Assembly: GCA_021788645.1 (NCBI GenBank)
Contig: JAJYKK010000006.1
Span: 6,022 to 70,021, forward strand
Length of the DNA stretch: 64,000 nt
DNA from: Pseudomonadota bacterium
GTDB taxonomy: Bacteria > Pseudomonadota > Gammaproteobacteria > Burkholderiales > JAKAFK01
Reading direction: 5' to 3'
Below, piece by piece: positions 1 to 9,607 of the stretch; within the stretch, counting starts at the first letter, position 1; every line of letters starts with the position of its first letter. Below the pieces are notes generated by a model. It was not told the DNA's origin. It was given only the letters and a program-made list of their open reading frames with translations, and searched no databases. The position numbers and the translations under genes are program-made.

Positions 1-779
1 ACGTCGAAGGCCCCGCCGTCGGCGAAAAGCCCCCTGTATTTGGTGAACTTCTGCATGTATTCCTTGGTGGCGTAGGTCGCGCCAAGGCTGAGCCGGTCAT
101 CGAGGAAATGGCCGAGCCAGCCGATCCGCGCGCCGAGGCCCCATGCATAGTCATGTCCCTGGTTGGTGACGTTATCGGGGTAGGCCGACATCGCCGTGAA
201 CGCGCTCAGCCCTTGCGCGGCGAATCGCTGTCCCGCCGGAACCAGCGAGAACCCAAAGGATTGTGAGTCGACCGGCCGCCATGCCACGGTGATCGGGATG
301 AACAGCTGGACCAGATCGACCCCCAGCTTGCCCCCGCCATTCGGCGTGGTGGAGAAGAAGTTGGTGCTGTATGTCGTGTCCATGCCGCCATTCCCCACCG
401 CGGCGACCCCAAAGGACCACCGGTGGTTGTAGGCGAAAGACACGCCCATCCCAGGGACCAGATAGGTGTTGGAGCCGCTCTTGACGCACTCCGTGCCCCC
501 GCTGCCGTTGGGGCTCCCGTCATTGAGGCCGACCTCCCCCGCGCACCGGCGTGGGTCGAAGACACCGACACCGATATCGAATCGGGTGCCCACGTCGCTC
601 AGGTCGGCCGGGTTGGCGGCCGCCGAAATGGAATTTTGGGGATACGCAACCGCCGCCCCCCCCATCCCGTCCGCCGCCGTTCCATAACCGATGGCGAAGT
701 AGCCGTTGGTCGCGAACGCCACCGGCGACACAAGCCAAGCCCCCAGCCCTAAGAAAGCCCAATAACGGGGTTTCCACAT
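1..779 (-). CDS. Outer-membrane transport protein, OmpP1/FadL/TodX family (N-terminal part; gene runs off the window start)
   Basis: Absent from the ORF track because it is open at the window edge. The ATG is the complement of 777-779. Hand translation gives MWKPRYWAFLGLGAWLVSPVAFATNGYFAIGYGTAADGMGGAAVAYPQNSISAAANPADLSDVGTRFDIGVGVFDPRR... This shows a signal peptide followed by the NGYF-x-GYG / GMGGA / NPA-x-L motif block typical of FadL-family barrels. Confidence 0.7.
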   Translation of the reverse strand, partial: MWKPRYWAFLGLGAWLVSPVAFATNGYFAIGYGTAADGMGGAAVAYPQNSISAAANPADLSDVGTRFDIGVGVFDPRRCAGEVGLNDGSPNGSGGTECVKSGSNTYLVPGMGVSFAYNHRWSFGVAAVGNGGMDTTYSTNFFSTTPNGGGKLGVDLVQLFIPITVAWRPVDSQSFGFSLVPAGQRFAAQGLSAFTAMSAYPDNVTNQGHDYAWGLGARIGWLGHFLDDRLSLGATYATKEYMQKFTKYRGLFADGGAFD

Positions 780-971
780 AACCACGCCTCCCTTTGTTCA
801 GAAAAATGATGGGTCCATCCGGGCAAGCCGCGCCCATCGGGCGACTCGTTGCGCAGCCACCGGCAAACGCGCGCCGACGCTTTTCTTGCCGGCAAGACCG
901 GGCCCTGCGGGCAACAAGAACCCGTCCGCCGTAGACGAGCCACGGCCTAGAATGGGCTCACTGGTTTCGGA

Positions 972-1598
972 TTAAATGAACAGGCACACGTCGGAGGTCT
1001 GCGCGGTCGGCAGAAACGATGCCGCGCCCACATAGTCGGATACCTCTGGAATGAATTCGGAGCGATCGAAGCCAAACAGATCGACCGTCATCTGGCACGC
1101 GACGAATTTGACGTCCGCCTCGATGCACAGCGTCCGCAATTCCGCGATGTCGGCGACGCCGACGTTGCCGATGGTCTTCTTCATCAGCGTCGTCGCCAGC
1201 GCTTCATAGCCGGGAATCGCCGCCTGAACGATGTTGGGGATTTTCCAGTTGATGGCCCTAAACCATTTTGGTCCCATGGGCATCTTCATCGGCATGGCCG
1301 GGTTGCCTAAAGGGCTGACTTGCGCATCGAGGTTTTTTTTGAGCAGCGTCAATCCATAGAAGGTGAAGAAAATCGCCGTGTCCCACCCCAGCGCCGCCGC
1401 CGTCGACGCCAGAATGAAGGGCGGGTAGGCCCAGTCGAGCGTCCCTTTGGTTGCGATGATGGATAGCTTAGGGACCTTCTTCCCGTTGATCTCCGCGAGC
1501 TTGCGCTCCAGGATCTCGTCGAGCCGCTCCTCAAGACGCGCATCCACGAGCTGCTGGACGTCGAGGGGGGTCTGCATGGTTTCCGCGCGAGTGGTCAT
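972..1598 (-). CDS. DsrE/DsrF-like sulfur-relay family protein (COG2210 type)
   Basis: 208 aa ORF. The core KLSIIATKGTLDWAYPPFILASTAAALGWDTAIFFTFYGLTLLKK...VKFVACQMTVDLFG matches my memory of DsrE/DsrF-like 'peroxiredoxin family' proteins. Confidence 0.75.
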   Translation of the reverse strand: MTTRAETMQTPLDVQQLVDARLEERLDEILERKLAEINGKKVPKLSIIATKGTLDWAYPPFILASTAAALGWDTAIFFTFYGLTLLKKNLDAQVSPLGNPAMPMKMPMGPKWFRAINWKIPNIVQAAIPGYEALATTLMKKTIGNVGVADIAELRTLCIEADVKFVACQMTVDLFGFDRSEFIPEVSDYVGAASFLPTAQTSDVCLFI

Positions 1599-1744
1599 TT
1601 AGTACGTCTCCTCGTAGGATCTTTATACGGTTAACGTTTTTTCACCATAGCACATGATTTAGCGTGCATTAGACATTCTCGGAGCAGGGACTCTAGGCGT
1701 TTCGCGACCCATCATCAGGCCCCACCGACAATGCGCTCTAGGAC

Positions 1745-1760
1745 AGCAACATTTGTGCCA
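1745..1760 (-). promoter_or_regulatory. Sigma-54 (-24/-12) promoter candidate upstream of the DsrE-like gene
   Basis: The minus strand reads TGGCACAAATGTTGCT, a perfect match to TGGCAC-N5-TTGCW with GG-N10-GC spacing. It lies in an AT-rich intergenic region about 148 nt upstream of the ATG at 1598. Confidence 0.55.
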
Positions 1761-1956
1761 CCAGCGGCATCCCCTTGCGGTTCATATTGTTATGGATCAG
1801 CCGCGAAAACCCATGACATGCCATGTAAGAATTGCTGACATTTTCGCTTCTAATATTCTAATTTTATGAATTGGCGAATTTTCGGAGGATTAGGACGGAC
1901 GCGCCGCGCGGCGCACAGCGGGTCGAGAGGGGGTCCTGGGCGATGCCCGTATGCGG

Positions 1957-3180
1957 CTAGGGACGGCAGCCGGCGAGGAGGCTGAGCATTTGCTTCGCCA
2001 ACTGTTGGCGGTCGTAGCGCGGCGCCGCCGCGAGGCAACGCGCCCTGATGGCGCCGTAGAGCCGCGGATCGTCCATGAGCCTGGTCAGCGCGGCGTCAAG
2101 TGCGGGCGCATCGCCCGAGGGGAACACGATGCCGACGTTCTCGCGCTCGACGATGCCGGCCGATTCGCCGGGGACGCCATGCAACAAGGGGATGCCCATA
2201 CCCATCGATTCGAAGAGTTTCGACGGGATCACGGTGGAAAAAAGGGCGGTGTCCCGCAGATGAATGATGGACACGCTGAGGAGCGACCAGTACCGGGCGA
2301 CTTGCGCCTTCGGTACGGAATCGACGAAAACGACGTTGGCCAGTTGCCTGCGCTGTGCCTCGCGGACCAGATGCGCCTTGCGGGCGCCATCGCCCAGAAA
2401 GAGAAAACGCACATCGCTACGCCGCGCGCGCTGGAAGCGTTCGGCCACGTCCAGCACCGTCTCCAGCCCGTGGGCCATGCCATGGGTGCCGATGTACCCC
2501 GCCACGAAACACCCGGAAAGACCGAGCGATCGGGCGAGCGCTTCGTCGCGTGCGCGAGGTGCGAAACGGGTCAGATCGACGCCGTTGGTCACCACCTCGA
2601 TCTTGCGCCCGTCGATGCCGCGCGCCATGAGGCTGCGCTTGAACGAGTGCGTCACGGATACGATAAGATCCGCCTTCCGGTAGAGGAAACCTTCGATGCC
2701 CTCCAGTGCCCGAAACACGGCCGCGCTTCGCATCGCGCCTACCGCCCGGATCGATTCGGGCCACAGATCGCGCAGTTCAAACACGAACGGGACGCGCTTC
2801 ATGCGACTGACCAGATAGGCGGCGCATGCGGTGAAGAACTGGGGCGACGTGCCGATGACGATGTCAGGTTTTCTTACAAACAACGAGGCCACCGTGCCCG
2901 ACGCCATGAAGCTTGCATAATCGAGGCTGCGCCGCACGAATCCCTCGTTCGCGGTGATATAGCTCCACACGCGGATGACGCGTATGCCTTCCACGTTCTC
3001 CGACTGCCACAGGCGGTTGCGGTATCCCGGAAAGACCTTGCCCTTCGGGAAGTTGGGCGCGCAGGTGATGATGGTGACGCGATGCCCCGCCCTGACCCAC
3101 TCGCGGGCATGCTCGAAGGTCCGGGACGCCGGGGCATTGACCTCCGGGGGAAAATTGTCGGTCAGAAAGAGGATGTTCAC
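1957..3180 (-). CDS. Glycosyltransferase family 4 (WbuB-like)
   Basis: The track ORF 1957..3360 is trimmed to the GTG at 3180, which gives VNILFLTDNFPPEVNAPASRTFEHAREW..., the usual N-terminus of WbuB-type GT4 enzymes. This GTG overlaps the upstream gene's TGA (GTGA). Confidence 0.85.
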   Translation of the reverse strand: MNILFLTDNFPPEVNAPASRTFEHAREWVRAGHRVTIITCAPNFPKGKVFPGYRNRLWQSENVEGIRVIRVWSYITANEGFVRRSLDYASFMASGTVASLFVRKPDIVIGTSPQFFTACAAYLVSRMKRVPFVFELRDLWPESIRAVGAMRSAAVFRALEGIEGFLYRKADLIVSVTHSFKRSLMARGIDGRKIEVVTNGVDLTRFAPRARDEALARSLGLSGCFVAGYIGTHGMAHGLETVLDVAERFQRARRSDVRFLFLGDGARKAHLVREAQRRQLANVVFVDSVPKAQVARYWSLLSVSIIHLRDTALFSTVIPSKLFESMGMGIPLLHGVPGESAGIVERENVGIVFPSGDAPALDAALTRLMDDPRLYGAIRARCLAAAPRYDRQQLAKQMLSLLAGCRP

Positions 3181-4871
3181 TCGCGCCAGTCCAGCCTGAA
3201 CAGGGTCCGCTCGCCCCTCATGTGCGTCTCGATGCGCGTCGAGGGCAACGACAAGCCGAATTCCGGATGCCACCAAGCCGTCCTTAGCGAGACGTCGCCG
3301 CCCAGCGCTTGCCACCGCGCCCTCGCCCCCGCCGCCTGGACATGCCCGCCGCCAGGGCACTGCACGACGCTGGCCTCGGGATGCAGGTACAGACGGGAGA
3401 TGGCGCGCGCGGCGCGGCCTTCGATGCGATCCTCGATCTCCAGCCGCTCGGACTCGAGGAGCCAGCGTCGGCGATGAACCGGCCGCCCTCTCAGGCGGCG
3501 ATACCCATCGTGGGCCCCTTCGATGACGATACCCTTGGGCGATTGCGCCACCTCGACATCAAAGGGATATGCGCGCCTCGCCACGCGAAAGGACGCCCAC
3601 ACTTCGGAGGAACTCTGTCCGTCAAGCTCCACGGTATTATGGGCCGCCGTCGAGCGTTCCCACGCCCGCTGGGCGCCCCCGGCATAGCACGAGGTTCCTG
3701 AATTGACCAGCAGACGACGGCCATTCACCGACAGTTCGAAGCTCAGGACATCGGCGTGCGCATGCCCGGGAAGGTAATCGGGCCCGACCGGCGCCAAGTC
3801 CGCAATCAGCACGGCGCCGTGCTTCTGAACCCGTACATAACCCGACGCATTCAGCCACGAGACGCCATCGCCCTGCGCCGCGACGGGCACGCCGAGCCGT
3901 CGGGCATAGCGGATGAGTTCACCGGGCGATGCGGCAACGCCCATCGCCGCGTCGTTGAAGAACGAGATTTCTTCGTCCGGATGGCACATGGCGAGAAGCC
4001 AGCGCAACATGTCGGCCGCGGTGTCGCGCCAGAGCGCGATTTCTCGCGCCCAGCCGGCGAACGCGCCGGGCCCGGCGCACGCGAGATTCACGAGATCCAG
4101 CAGGTCTTCGAGCGCGATGGCGTGATACATGGGGCTGCGCTCGAAGTGCCCGCCATCCGAAAGAATCTGTTCCGGCACCTCGCGCATCAGAATCTCCATG
4201 CCCCGGCGCATCCAGCGATCGGCCTCCGGCCCGGCAAAGAACGCCCCGGCGAAGACCAGCGCCTTGGCGTTGGCGAACAGATGATTCCCCAGGAGATGGT
4301 ACTCGAGACGCCGCGTGAGATAGCGCGCCTGCCGCGCCAGGGAATGGGCCGCGTCCGGCGATAGCGCGTGGCCGCACGCCGCCCATTTCACCCAGTTGAC
4401 GATCCTGAGCGACACGGGATAAGGCTCCCACCCGACGCCCTTTCCAGGGGGATTCTCGGCAATCCAGCGGGCAATCAGCCGTTCATGCGCCGCCACCCTG
4501 CGCTCGGCGTCCGCAGCGTTCAGGTCGTCGAAATAATGCAGGTTGTAGAGCCAAAGCTTGGCTCGCCCCGGTGCATTCCAATGGCCGGGGCCTTCGAGGT
4601 CATGCTCCTCGTTCAGGAACCGGAAACGCGTCGCCGACACCATGGCCGCACGCCGCTGCGCGGGGCGCACCCAACCGCCGCGCAGGGGTCTTCGGGGCGG
4701 CGTCGGCCGCCCGTCCGAAACGGGGGCAACGAATCGCGACGACAACCGGCCCCAAATCTGAACGGGCCGCAAATACCGCAACGTGTGATAATAAAGGACG
4801 GATCGCCGCCAAAGGACCGCCGCTTCTCCTGGCCGTTCGGGCGACGCCGAGTCGCCACCCGGGCGCCTCAT
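3177..4871 (-). CDS. Heparinase II/III-like family protein
   Basis: 564 aa. The N-terminal YYHTLRYLRPVQI and the central HLLGNHLFANAKALVFAGAFF motif are typical of heparinase II/III-like proteins found in glycan clusters next to wecB. Its ATG overlaps the wecB stop (ATGA). Confidence 0.8.
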   Translation of the reverse strand: MRRPGGDSASPERPGEAAVLWRRSVLYYHTLRYLRPVQIWGRLSSRFVAPVSDGRPTPPRRPLRGGWVRPAQRRAAMVSATRFRFLNEEHDLEGPGHWNAPGRAKLWLYNLHYFDDLNAADAERRVAAHERLIARWIAENPPGKGVGWEPYPVSLRIVNWVKWAACGHALSPDAAHSLARQARYLTRRLEYHLLGNHLFANAKALVFAGAFFAGPEADRWMRRGMEILMREVPEQILSDGGHFERSPMYHAIALEDLLDLVNLACAGPGAFAGWAREIALWRDTAADMLRWLLAMCHPDEEISFFNDAAMGVAASPGELIRYARRLGVPVAAQGDGVSWLNASGYVRVQKHGAVLIADLAPVGPDYLPGHAHADVLSFELSVNGRRLLVNSGTSCYAGGAQRAWERSTAAHNTVELDGQSSSEVWASFRVARRAYPFDVEVAQSPKGIVIEGAHDGYRRLRGRPVHRRRWLLESERLEIEDRIEGRAARAISRLYLHPEASVVQCPGGGHVQAAGARARWQALGGDVSLRTAWWHPEFGLSLPSTRIETHMRGERTLFRLDWRE

Positions 4872-5956
4872 AGGACGCGTTCAAGCACGCTGACAATGCG
4901 CTCCCCCGTCCGGCCGTCCCAGCGTTCCGGGACACGCCCCGTCTTCCATCGCCCATCGAACACGCGGTCCAGCGCGTCCTTGAGCTTCGAGGGGTCGGTG
5001 CCGATCAGCTCGTTCGTGCCCATCGTGATGGTCTCCGGACGCTCGGTCGTGTCGCGCAGCGTCAGGCAGGGAACCCCCATGACCGTGGTTTCCTCCGTGA
5101 TGCCGCCGGAGTCCGTCATCACCGCCTTCGCATGCCTGACCAGATAATTGAACTCGAAGTAGGGCTGCGGCTCGACCGGGCGCAGGTTCTCGGGTAAGGC
5201 GCCGATCGCACGCAGGGTCTTGGCGGTGCGCGGATGAACCGGAAACACGACCGGAAGCCCCCGCGCGGCGGTGCCGATCGTGCGCAGCCACGCGCCCAGC
5301 CCCTCGGGCATGTCGACGTTGGCCGGACGATGCAGCGTGAGCACGAAATACCCGCCGTCGGCAAGGCCGAGCGCCTGCCAGAAAGCCGGCGCGCGCAGCC
5401 GGTCCCAGTTGAACAGAAGCGTATCGATCATGGTGTTGCCGACGAAATGGATACGATCCTCCTGCACGCCGGCGCGGCGCAGATTGGCGTTCGCCGTCTC
5501 GCTGGTCGTGAAGAAGAGATCCGTGATGGCGTCGGTGACCATGCGGTTGATTTCTTCGGGCATCCTCCAGTCGCCGGAGCGAATTCCGGCCTCGACATGG
5601 GCCACCGGCACGCACAGTTTCTGCGCAGCGATGGCGCACGCCATCGTGGACGTCACATCGCCGACGACCAGGCATAGGTCGCTGCGGCTGCCCGACAAAA
5701 GCGCCTCGTAGCCCACCATGATGGCCGCCGCTTGACTGGCCTGCGTACCCGACCCTACCTCCAGGTTGACGTGCGGCTCCGGGATGCCCAGTTGGGCGAA
5801 GAAGTCCCCCGACATGCGGGCGTCGTAGTGCTGGCCCGTGTGCACCAGGCGATAGCCGAGGCGTTTGTCCGGTCCACGGGCCTCGAGCGCACGGATGATC
5901 GAAGCGATCTTCATGAAATTGGGCCGAGCCCCGGCGATGATGTCGATCCTTGTCAT
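4868..5956 (-). CDS. wecB: UDP-N-acetylglucosamine 2-epimerase (non-hydrolysing)
   Basis: 362 aa. MTRIDIIAGARPNFMKIASIIRALE...HTGQHYD...HVEAGIRS...DSGGITEETTVMGVPCLTLRDTTERPET is classic WecB. Confidence 0.93.
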   Translation of the reverse strand: MTRIDIIAGARPNFMKIASIIRALEARGPDKRLGYRLVHTGQHYDARMSGDFFAQLGIPEPHVNLEVGSGTQASQAAAIMVGYEALLSGSRSDLCLVVGDVTSTMACAIAAQKLCVPVAHVEAGIRSGDWRMPEEINRMVTDAITDLFFTTSETANANLRRAGVQEDRIHFVGNTMIDTLLFNWDRLRAPAFWQALGLADGGYFVLTLHRPANVDMPEGLGAWLRTIGTAARGLPVVFPVHPRTAKTLRAIGALPENLRPVEPQPYFEFNYLVRHAKAVMTDSGGITEETTVMGVPCLTLRDTTERPETITMGTNELIGTDPSKLKDALDRVFDGRWKTGRVPERWDGRTGERIVSVLERVL

Positions 5957-6023
5957 GCTTTCCTCATAACGCGAACGATGGCGGCCACCGCCGAATGCCG
6001 GCCGGTCGCGCCTCGGTGGGCCG

Positions 6024-8162
6024 CTATCTTTCGGCTTGCGACAACGCGATGGCGACGCGGCTCACTTCAAGAAGCTCGTCAAACGGGATAGGCGCGTCGA
6101 TTCCGCCCCGCACCGCAGCCAAAAACGCGCTCGCACAAGCATGCTGACCCTTGTCCTGGCGCCACAGCCGCATGCGCGAGAAGCCGGGCCAGCCGAAGCC
6201 TCGCAAGACCCTGAAATTGTCGAGCTGGAGCACCCGCCCGCCGGCGAAGACCTCGATGCGCTCCTTAGGGAAGGACTTGGTGCCGTTCGCGAAGTAATGG
6301 ATGGTCCCGATCGAACCCTCGGCAAAGCGAAGCTGCAAGGTCACGGTATCTTGGGTTTGCGAGCGCATCCCCATGCGGCTCCAGGCGACGATCCGTTCCC
6401 CCGCAAGGTGGCGCAGGAGGTCGATGAAATGGCAGGCTTCGCCGATGATCCGCCCACCGCCCGTGGCGGCGTCCTGGGTCCAGTGATCCGGCGGGATGCG
6501 ACCGGCGTTCACCGTCGCCACCAAGGCCTTCGGGCCGGCCACCCCCCCGAGCAGCGCTTTCATGCGCGCCACGTGAGGGCTGAAGCGCCGATTGAAGCCC
6601 ACCAGCACGACGAGGGCGCCCGGACCGATGCCTTGCACCGAACACTCCGCCTCGATCTCCTTGAGCTCCTCCAGCGTCAGGCAGAGCGGCTTCTCGACGA
6701 ACACATGCTTGCCCGCGCGCAAGGCCGCCAAGATCCAGCGGGCATGGCTGTCGTGGCGCGTGGTAATCACGACCGCATCGACCAGACGATCGGACAGGGC
6801 GTGGAGCGTATCCGTGGTCGTTTCCTCGAAGCCGAACTTCCGGCCCGCGTGAAGCCCGCTCACGCCCGCGCTCGAGGCCACCACGCGAAAACGCGCGCCG
6901 GCCGCCTTGAACGCCGGAATGAGGGCGGCGCTCGCGTAGTTGCCCGCGCCGACGAAGGCCAGTGCGGGCGCGCGTCCCTGGGCGGGCGCAATGACGGTCA
7001 CGCCGGCCAAGGGCACCGTTTGCCGCCTGACTTCCCCATCCGTCCTGCCTTGCGTGTCGGGATATTGCAGCACGATCCCCAGCGAGAACTCACGGCCGCC
7101 CACCAAGGCATACGCCTTGACCGCCTCCTCGATGGAAAACCGATGGGAAATCAGGGGTTTTACGTCAAGACGCCCATCGGCCATCATGTCCAACACGGCT
7201 TCGAAGTTGCGACCCTCGGTCCAGCGGACAAAGCCGACCGGATAATCGTGTCCCTTCTCCTCGTAATTGGCGTCATAGCGCCCTGGCCCGTAAGAGCAGG
7301 AGACCTGGAAAGTAAGCTCCTTCTCGAAGAAGTCGGCACGAGAGAGCTCGAGTCCGGTGACGCCCACCAGCACGATGCGCCCGCGTTTGCGGCACATCGT
7401 CGCGGCCTGATGCACCGGCTCGCTGCTCTTGCTCGATGCCGTGATGATGACGGCATCTAGGCCGCGCCCGCGCGAGAAGCGCTCCGCCGCACCGAGCGGG
7501 TCTTCCCCCGCATGCAGATCCACCACCTCGGCACCGAATGCGCGCGCCAGTCCGAGCTTGCGGGGGTCGAAGTCCAGCCCCAGCACGCGGCATCCCTGCG
7601 CGCGAAGGAGCTGGACGGTCAAGAGCCCGATCAGGCCAAGGCCGGTCACCGCCACCGCCTCTCCCAGCGTCGGCTGCACCAGCCGAATGCCCTGCAAGGC
7701 AATGGCCGACAGCACCGTGAAGGCGGCCTCGTCGTCGCTCACGGCATCGGGCACCCGGGCGCACAGATTGTGCGGGACCCTGACCGCTTCGGCGTGCCGG
7801 CCGTTGGAGACCACCCGGTCGCCCGCGCGGAGCGCCGCCACATCGCCGCCGACCTCCATGACCCGGCCGACGTTGCAATAACCCAAGGGCAACGGCTGGT
7901 CCAGCTTGCTAAACACCGCCTCGACGGTCGGCATGAGGCCATCGGTGCCGATCTTGTCCAGGACCATGCGCACCTTGTCCGGCTGCTGCCTGGCCTTTTC
8001 GATCCAGTTGGCCTTGCCGAACTCCACCAGCATCCGCTCCGTGCCGGCCGACACCAGGGTCCGCGACGAGCGAATGAGCACCTGCCCGCGCGCGGCTCCC
8101 GGACAAGGCACCTCCGCCACTTCCGTCGCGCCGGTTCTAAGACTCTGCAAGATTTGCTTCAA
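6024..8162 (-). CDS. Bi-domain oxidoreductase (Zn-dependent alcohol dehydrogenase-like domain plus Gfo/Idh/MocA domain)
   Basis: The track ORF 6024..8330 is trimmed to the TTG at 8162, preceded by GGAGG, giving LKQILQSLRTGATEVAEVPCP, the usual N-terminus of this family. An alternative ATG is at 8213. An MDR-type domain is followed by a Gfo/Idh/MocA fold (ALAFVGAGNYA..., HVFVEKP). Confidence 0.82.
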   Translation of the reverse strand: MKQILQSLRTGATEVAEVPCPGAARGQVLIRSSRTLVSAGTERMLVEFGKANWIEKARQQPDKVRMVLDKIGTDGLMPTVEAVFSKLDQPLPLGYCNVGRVMEVGGDVAALRAGDRVVSNGRHAEAVRVPHNLCARVPDAVSDDEAAFTVLSAIALQGIRLVQPTLGEAVAVTGLGLIGLLTVQLLRAQGCRVLGLDFDPRKLGLARAFGAEVVDLHAGEDPLGAAERFSRGRGLDAVIITASSKSSEPVHQAATMCRKRGRIVLVGVTGLELSRADFFEKELTFQVSCSYGPGRYDANYEEKGHDYPVGFVRWTEGRNFEAVLDMMADGRLDVKPLISHRFSIEEAVKAYALVGGREFSLGIVLQYPDTQGRTDGEVRRQTVPLAGVTVIAPAQGRAPALAFVGAGNYASAALIPAFKAAGARFRVVASSAGVSGLHAGRKFGFEETTTDTLHALSDRLVDAVVITTRHDSHARWILAALRAGKHVFVEKPLCLTLEELKEIEAECSVQGIGPGALVVLVGFNRRFSPHVARMKALLGGVAGPKALVATVNAGRIPPDHWTQDAATGGGRIIGEACHFIDLLRHLAGERIVAWSRMGMRSQTQDTVTLQLRFAEGSIGTIHYFANGTKSFPKERIEVFAGGRVLQLDNFRVLRGFGWPGFSRMRLWRQDKGQHACASAFLAAVRGGIDAPIPFDELLEVSRVAIALSQAER

Positions 8163-8462
8163 GTATCCTCCCGCTCGAACAACGCACCCCAGGGGGCGGT
8201 CGTGGGCGAACATCGATTGGAAAATTCGCCACGCCGCCGCGATCCTTCCCGTTATAGATGATTTTTCTGGTCTTCTCCCCGCCTCCGCGCAGGTCACGGC
8301 CGCTTCCGAGGCGACGCGTCCGGACGGCAAATGGGCCGCGCCGGGCGGTGCGGCTCGCTCGAGTGTTCGGCAGACCGGCCACGCCCAGCGGCGTCGATTT
8401 TTTTTACACCGCAGCGCCCGCCCTACAGGCTAACGCCCCGCCGATCCGCGCGTTAGAACGAC

Positions 8463-8478
8463 GGGCCCGGTTCTTGCT
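8463..8478 (+). promoter_or_regulatory. Sigma-54-like -24/-12 promoter candidate for cargo gene 1
   Basis: GGGCCCGGTTCTTGCT has correct GG-N10-GC spacing and a TTGCT -12 element. There are two mismatches in the -24 half. The GC lies 76 nt upstream of the ATG at 8553. It shares the 8-mer TTCTTGCT with the promoter at 9608. Confidence 0.45.
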
Positions 8479-8552
8479 CACCCATTCCCACGCGCGCGCG
8501 GCCGCGTGCGCCGCGGTTCTAAACATAATCGACAAGATGGAGAAGACAAGTC

Positions 8553-9302
8553 ATGACGAAAGGATGGCCCGGAACGAAGCGGATATGGACGATCGCCCTG
8601 ATGTGTGCGGCTATGGGAGGCGGGGCACAGGCCCAAGGGTCAACCGCCCTAGGCGTCGACCCGATCCTGAACTTCAATTTCAATGGCAGCTTCAGCATGT
8701 ATGATTCGACCGGCGCATTGGTGGGCGGGGACAGCACGCTGTCCGGAAGCATACAACTGGACACCGCCACCTTCGGCGGGACAGCCACCATGGCGGATCC
8801 GTCGCCGTTTTTCGGCTCCCACTGGTACGCGCACGATATTCAGATCTCGGCCACGCCTGACCTCGCCAACGGGAGTTTCCTGGCGAATTCCCACATGCTG
8901 TTCGACTGGGGGCCGGCGACAACGGCGAGTGCCTGCGGGCTTGCGGTCTGCGATTACAGCATCTACACCCAATTCCAGATTGCGCCTGCCGTCAATTTGA
9001 CCCTCGCGTCGTGGACCAGCCTCACAAGCGGGGTTCCGTTCAGCGTCACCACCACCGACGCAGACGGCGACGGGATTCCGGGAAACCAAATCACGTACGG
9101 GCCATTCAAGGGGTTCTCGCCCGCGTTCGGGGGTACCGCCACGTTTAAAAATCTCGGCCTAGGCTACATCGCCAACAACAACATCCCCGCCGTCGATCCT
9201 ACTCCCCTGCCGGGCACCGCCTTGCTCCTCGGGTCTGGGCTCCTGGGCCTCGTGGGTCTCGCACGCAGCCGCAAGAACCCGCCCCACCGAGCACGCGCAT
9301 AG
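8553..9302 (+). CDS. Secreted protein with exosortase-type C-terminal sorting domain (PEP-CTERM/VPLPA-CTERM-like)
   Basis: 249 aa. It has an N-terminal signal peptide (WTIALMCAAMGGGAQAQG) and a Gly/Ser/Thr/Asn-rich body. The C-terminus is ...VDPTPLPGTALLLGSGLLGLVGLARSRK. Confidence 0.85.
   Translation: MTKGWPGTKRIWTIALMCAAMGGGAQAQGSTALGVDPILNFNFNGSFSMYDSTGALVGGDSTLSGSIQLDTATFGGTATMADPSPFFGSHWYAHDIQISATPDLANGSFLANSHMLFDWGPATTASACGLAVCDYSIYTQFQIAPAVNLTLASWTSLTSGVPFSVTTTDADGDGIPGNQITYGPFKGFSPAFGGTATFKNLGLGYIANNNIPAVDPTPLPGTALLLGSGLLGLVGLARSRKNPPHRARA
9192..9299 (+). other. C-terminal sorting signal (P-L-P motif, TM helix, basic cluster)
   Basis: VDPTPLPGTALLLGSGLLGLVGLARSRKNPPHRARA has the tripartite exosortase-substrate architecture, but the canonical Glu of P-E-P is absent. 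Confidence 0.8.
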
Positions 9303-9607
9303 CCCCGGGCGGGGTGCGTGTAGCCCGCCGCAATGCGCCCTCCGCGCTCCCCATTTTTCCTTCCGCCGGGGCACGCCCCTCGGCGCCGCCCGCAGGGCGC
9401 GCGCGCTGTCGAACACCGCCGTTCTCCCTGCGGCGGATTGGACGCCTCTGCTCTTTATTTTCCGCGCCCTCGCTTGGCCCTAGACCCATGCGACGACAGA
9501 GGCCCTAATAACAATGCCGTATACATACTGTCGGCGTTTTTTACACAATCGATCGTCATCACCAGAATCACTATATCAATACTCTCTAAATCAGCCAGAT
9601 AGGTAGG

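Noticed and set aside
885-900. Palindrome cttgccggcaag downstream of the DsrE-like gene as a terminator
   Set aside because: It forms only a 4-bp stem once a loop is allowed, and no U-tract follows on the transcribed (minus) strand.
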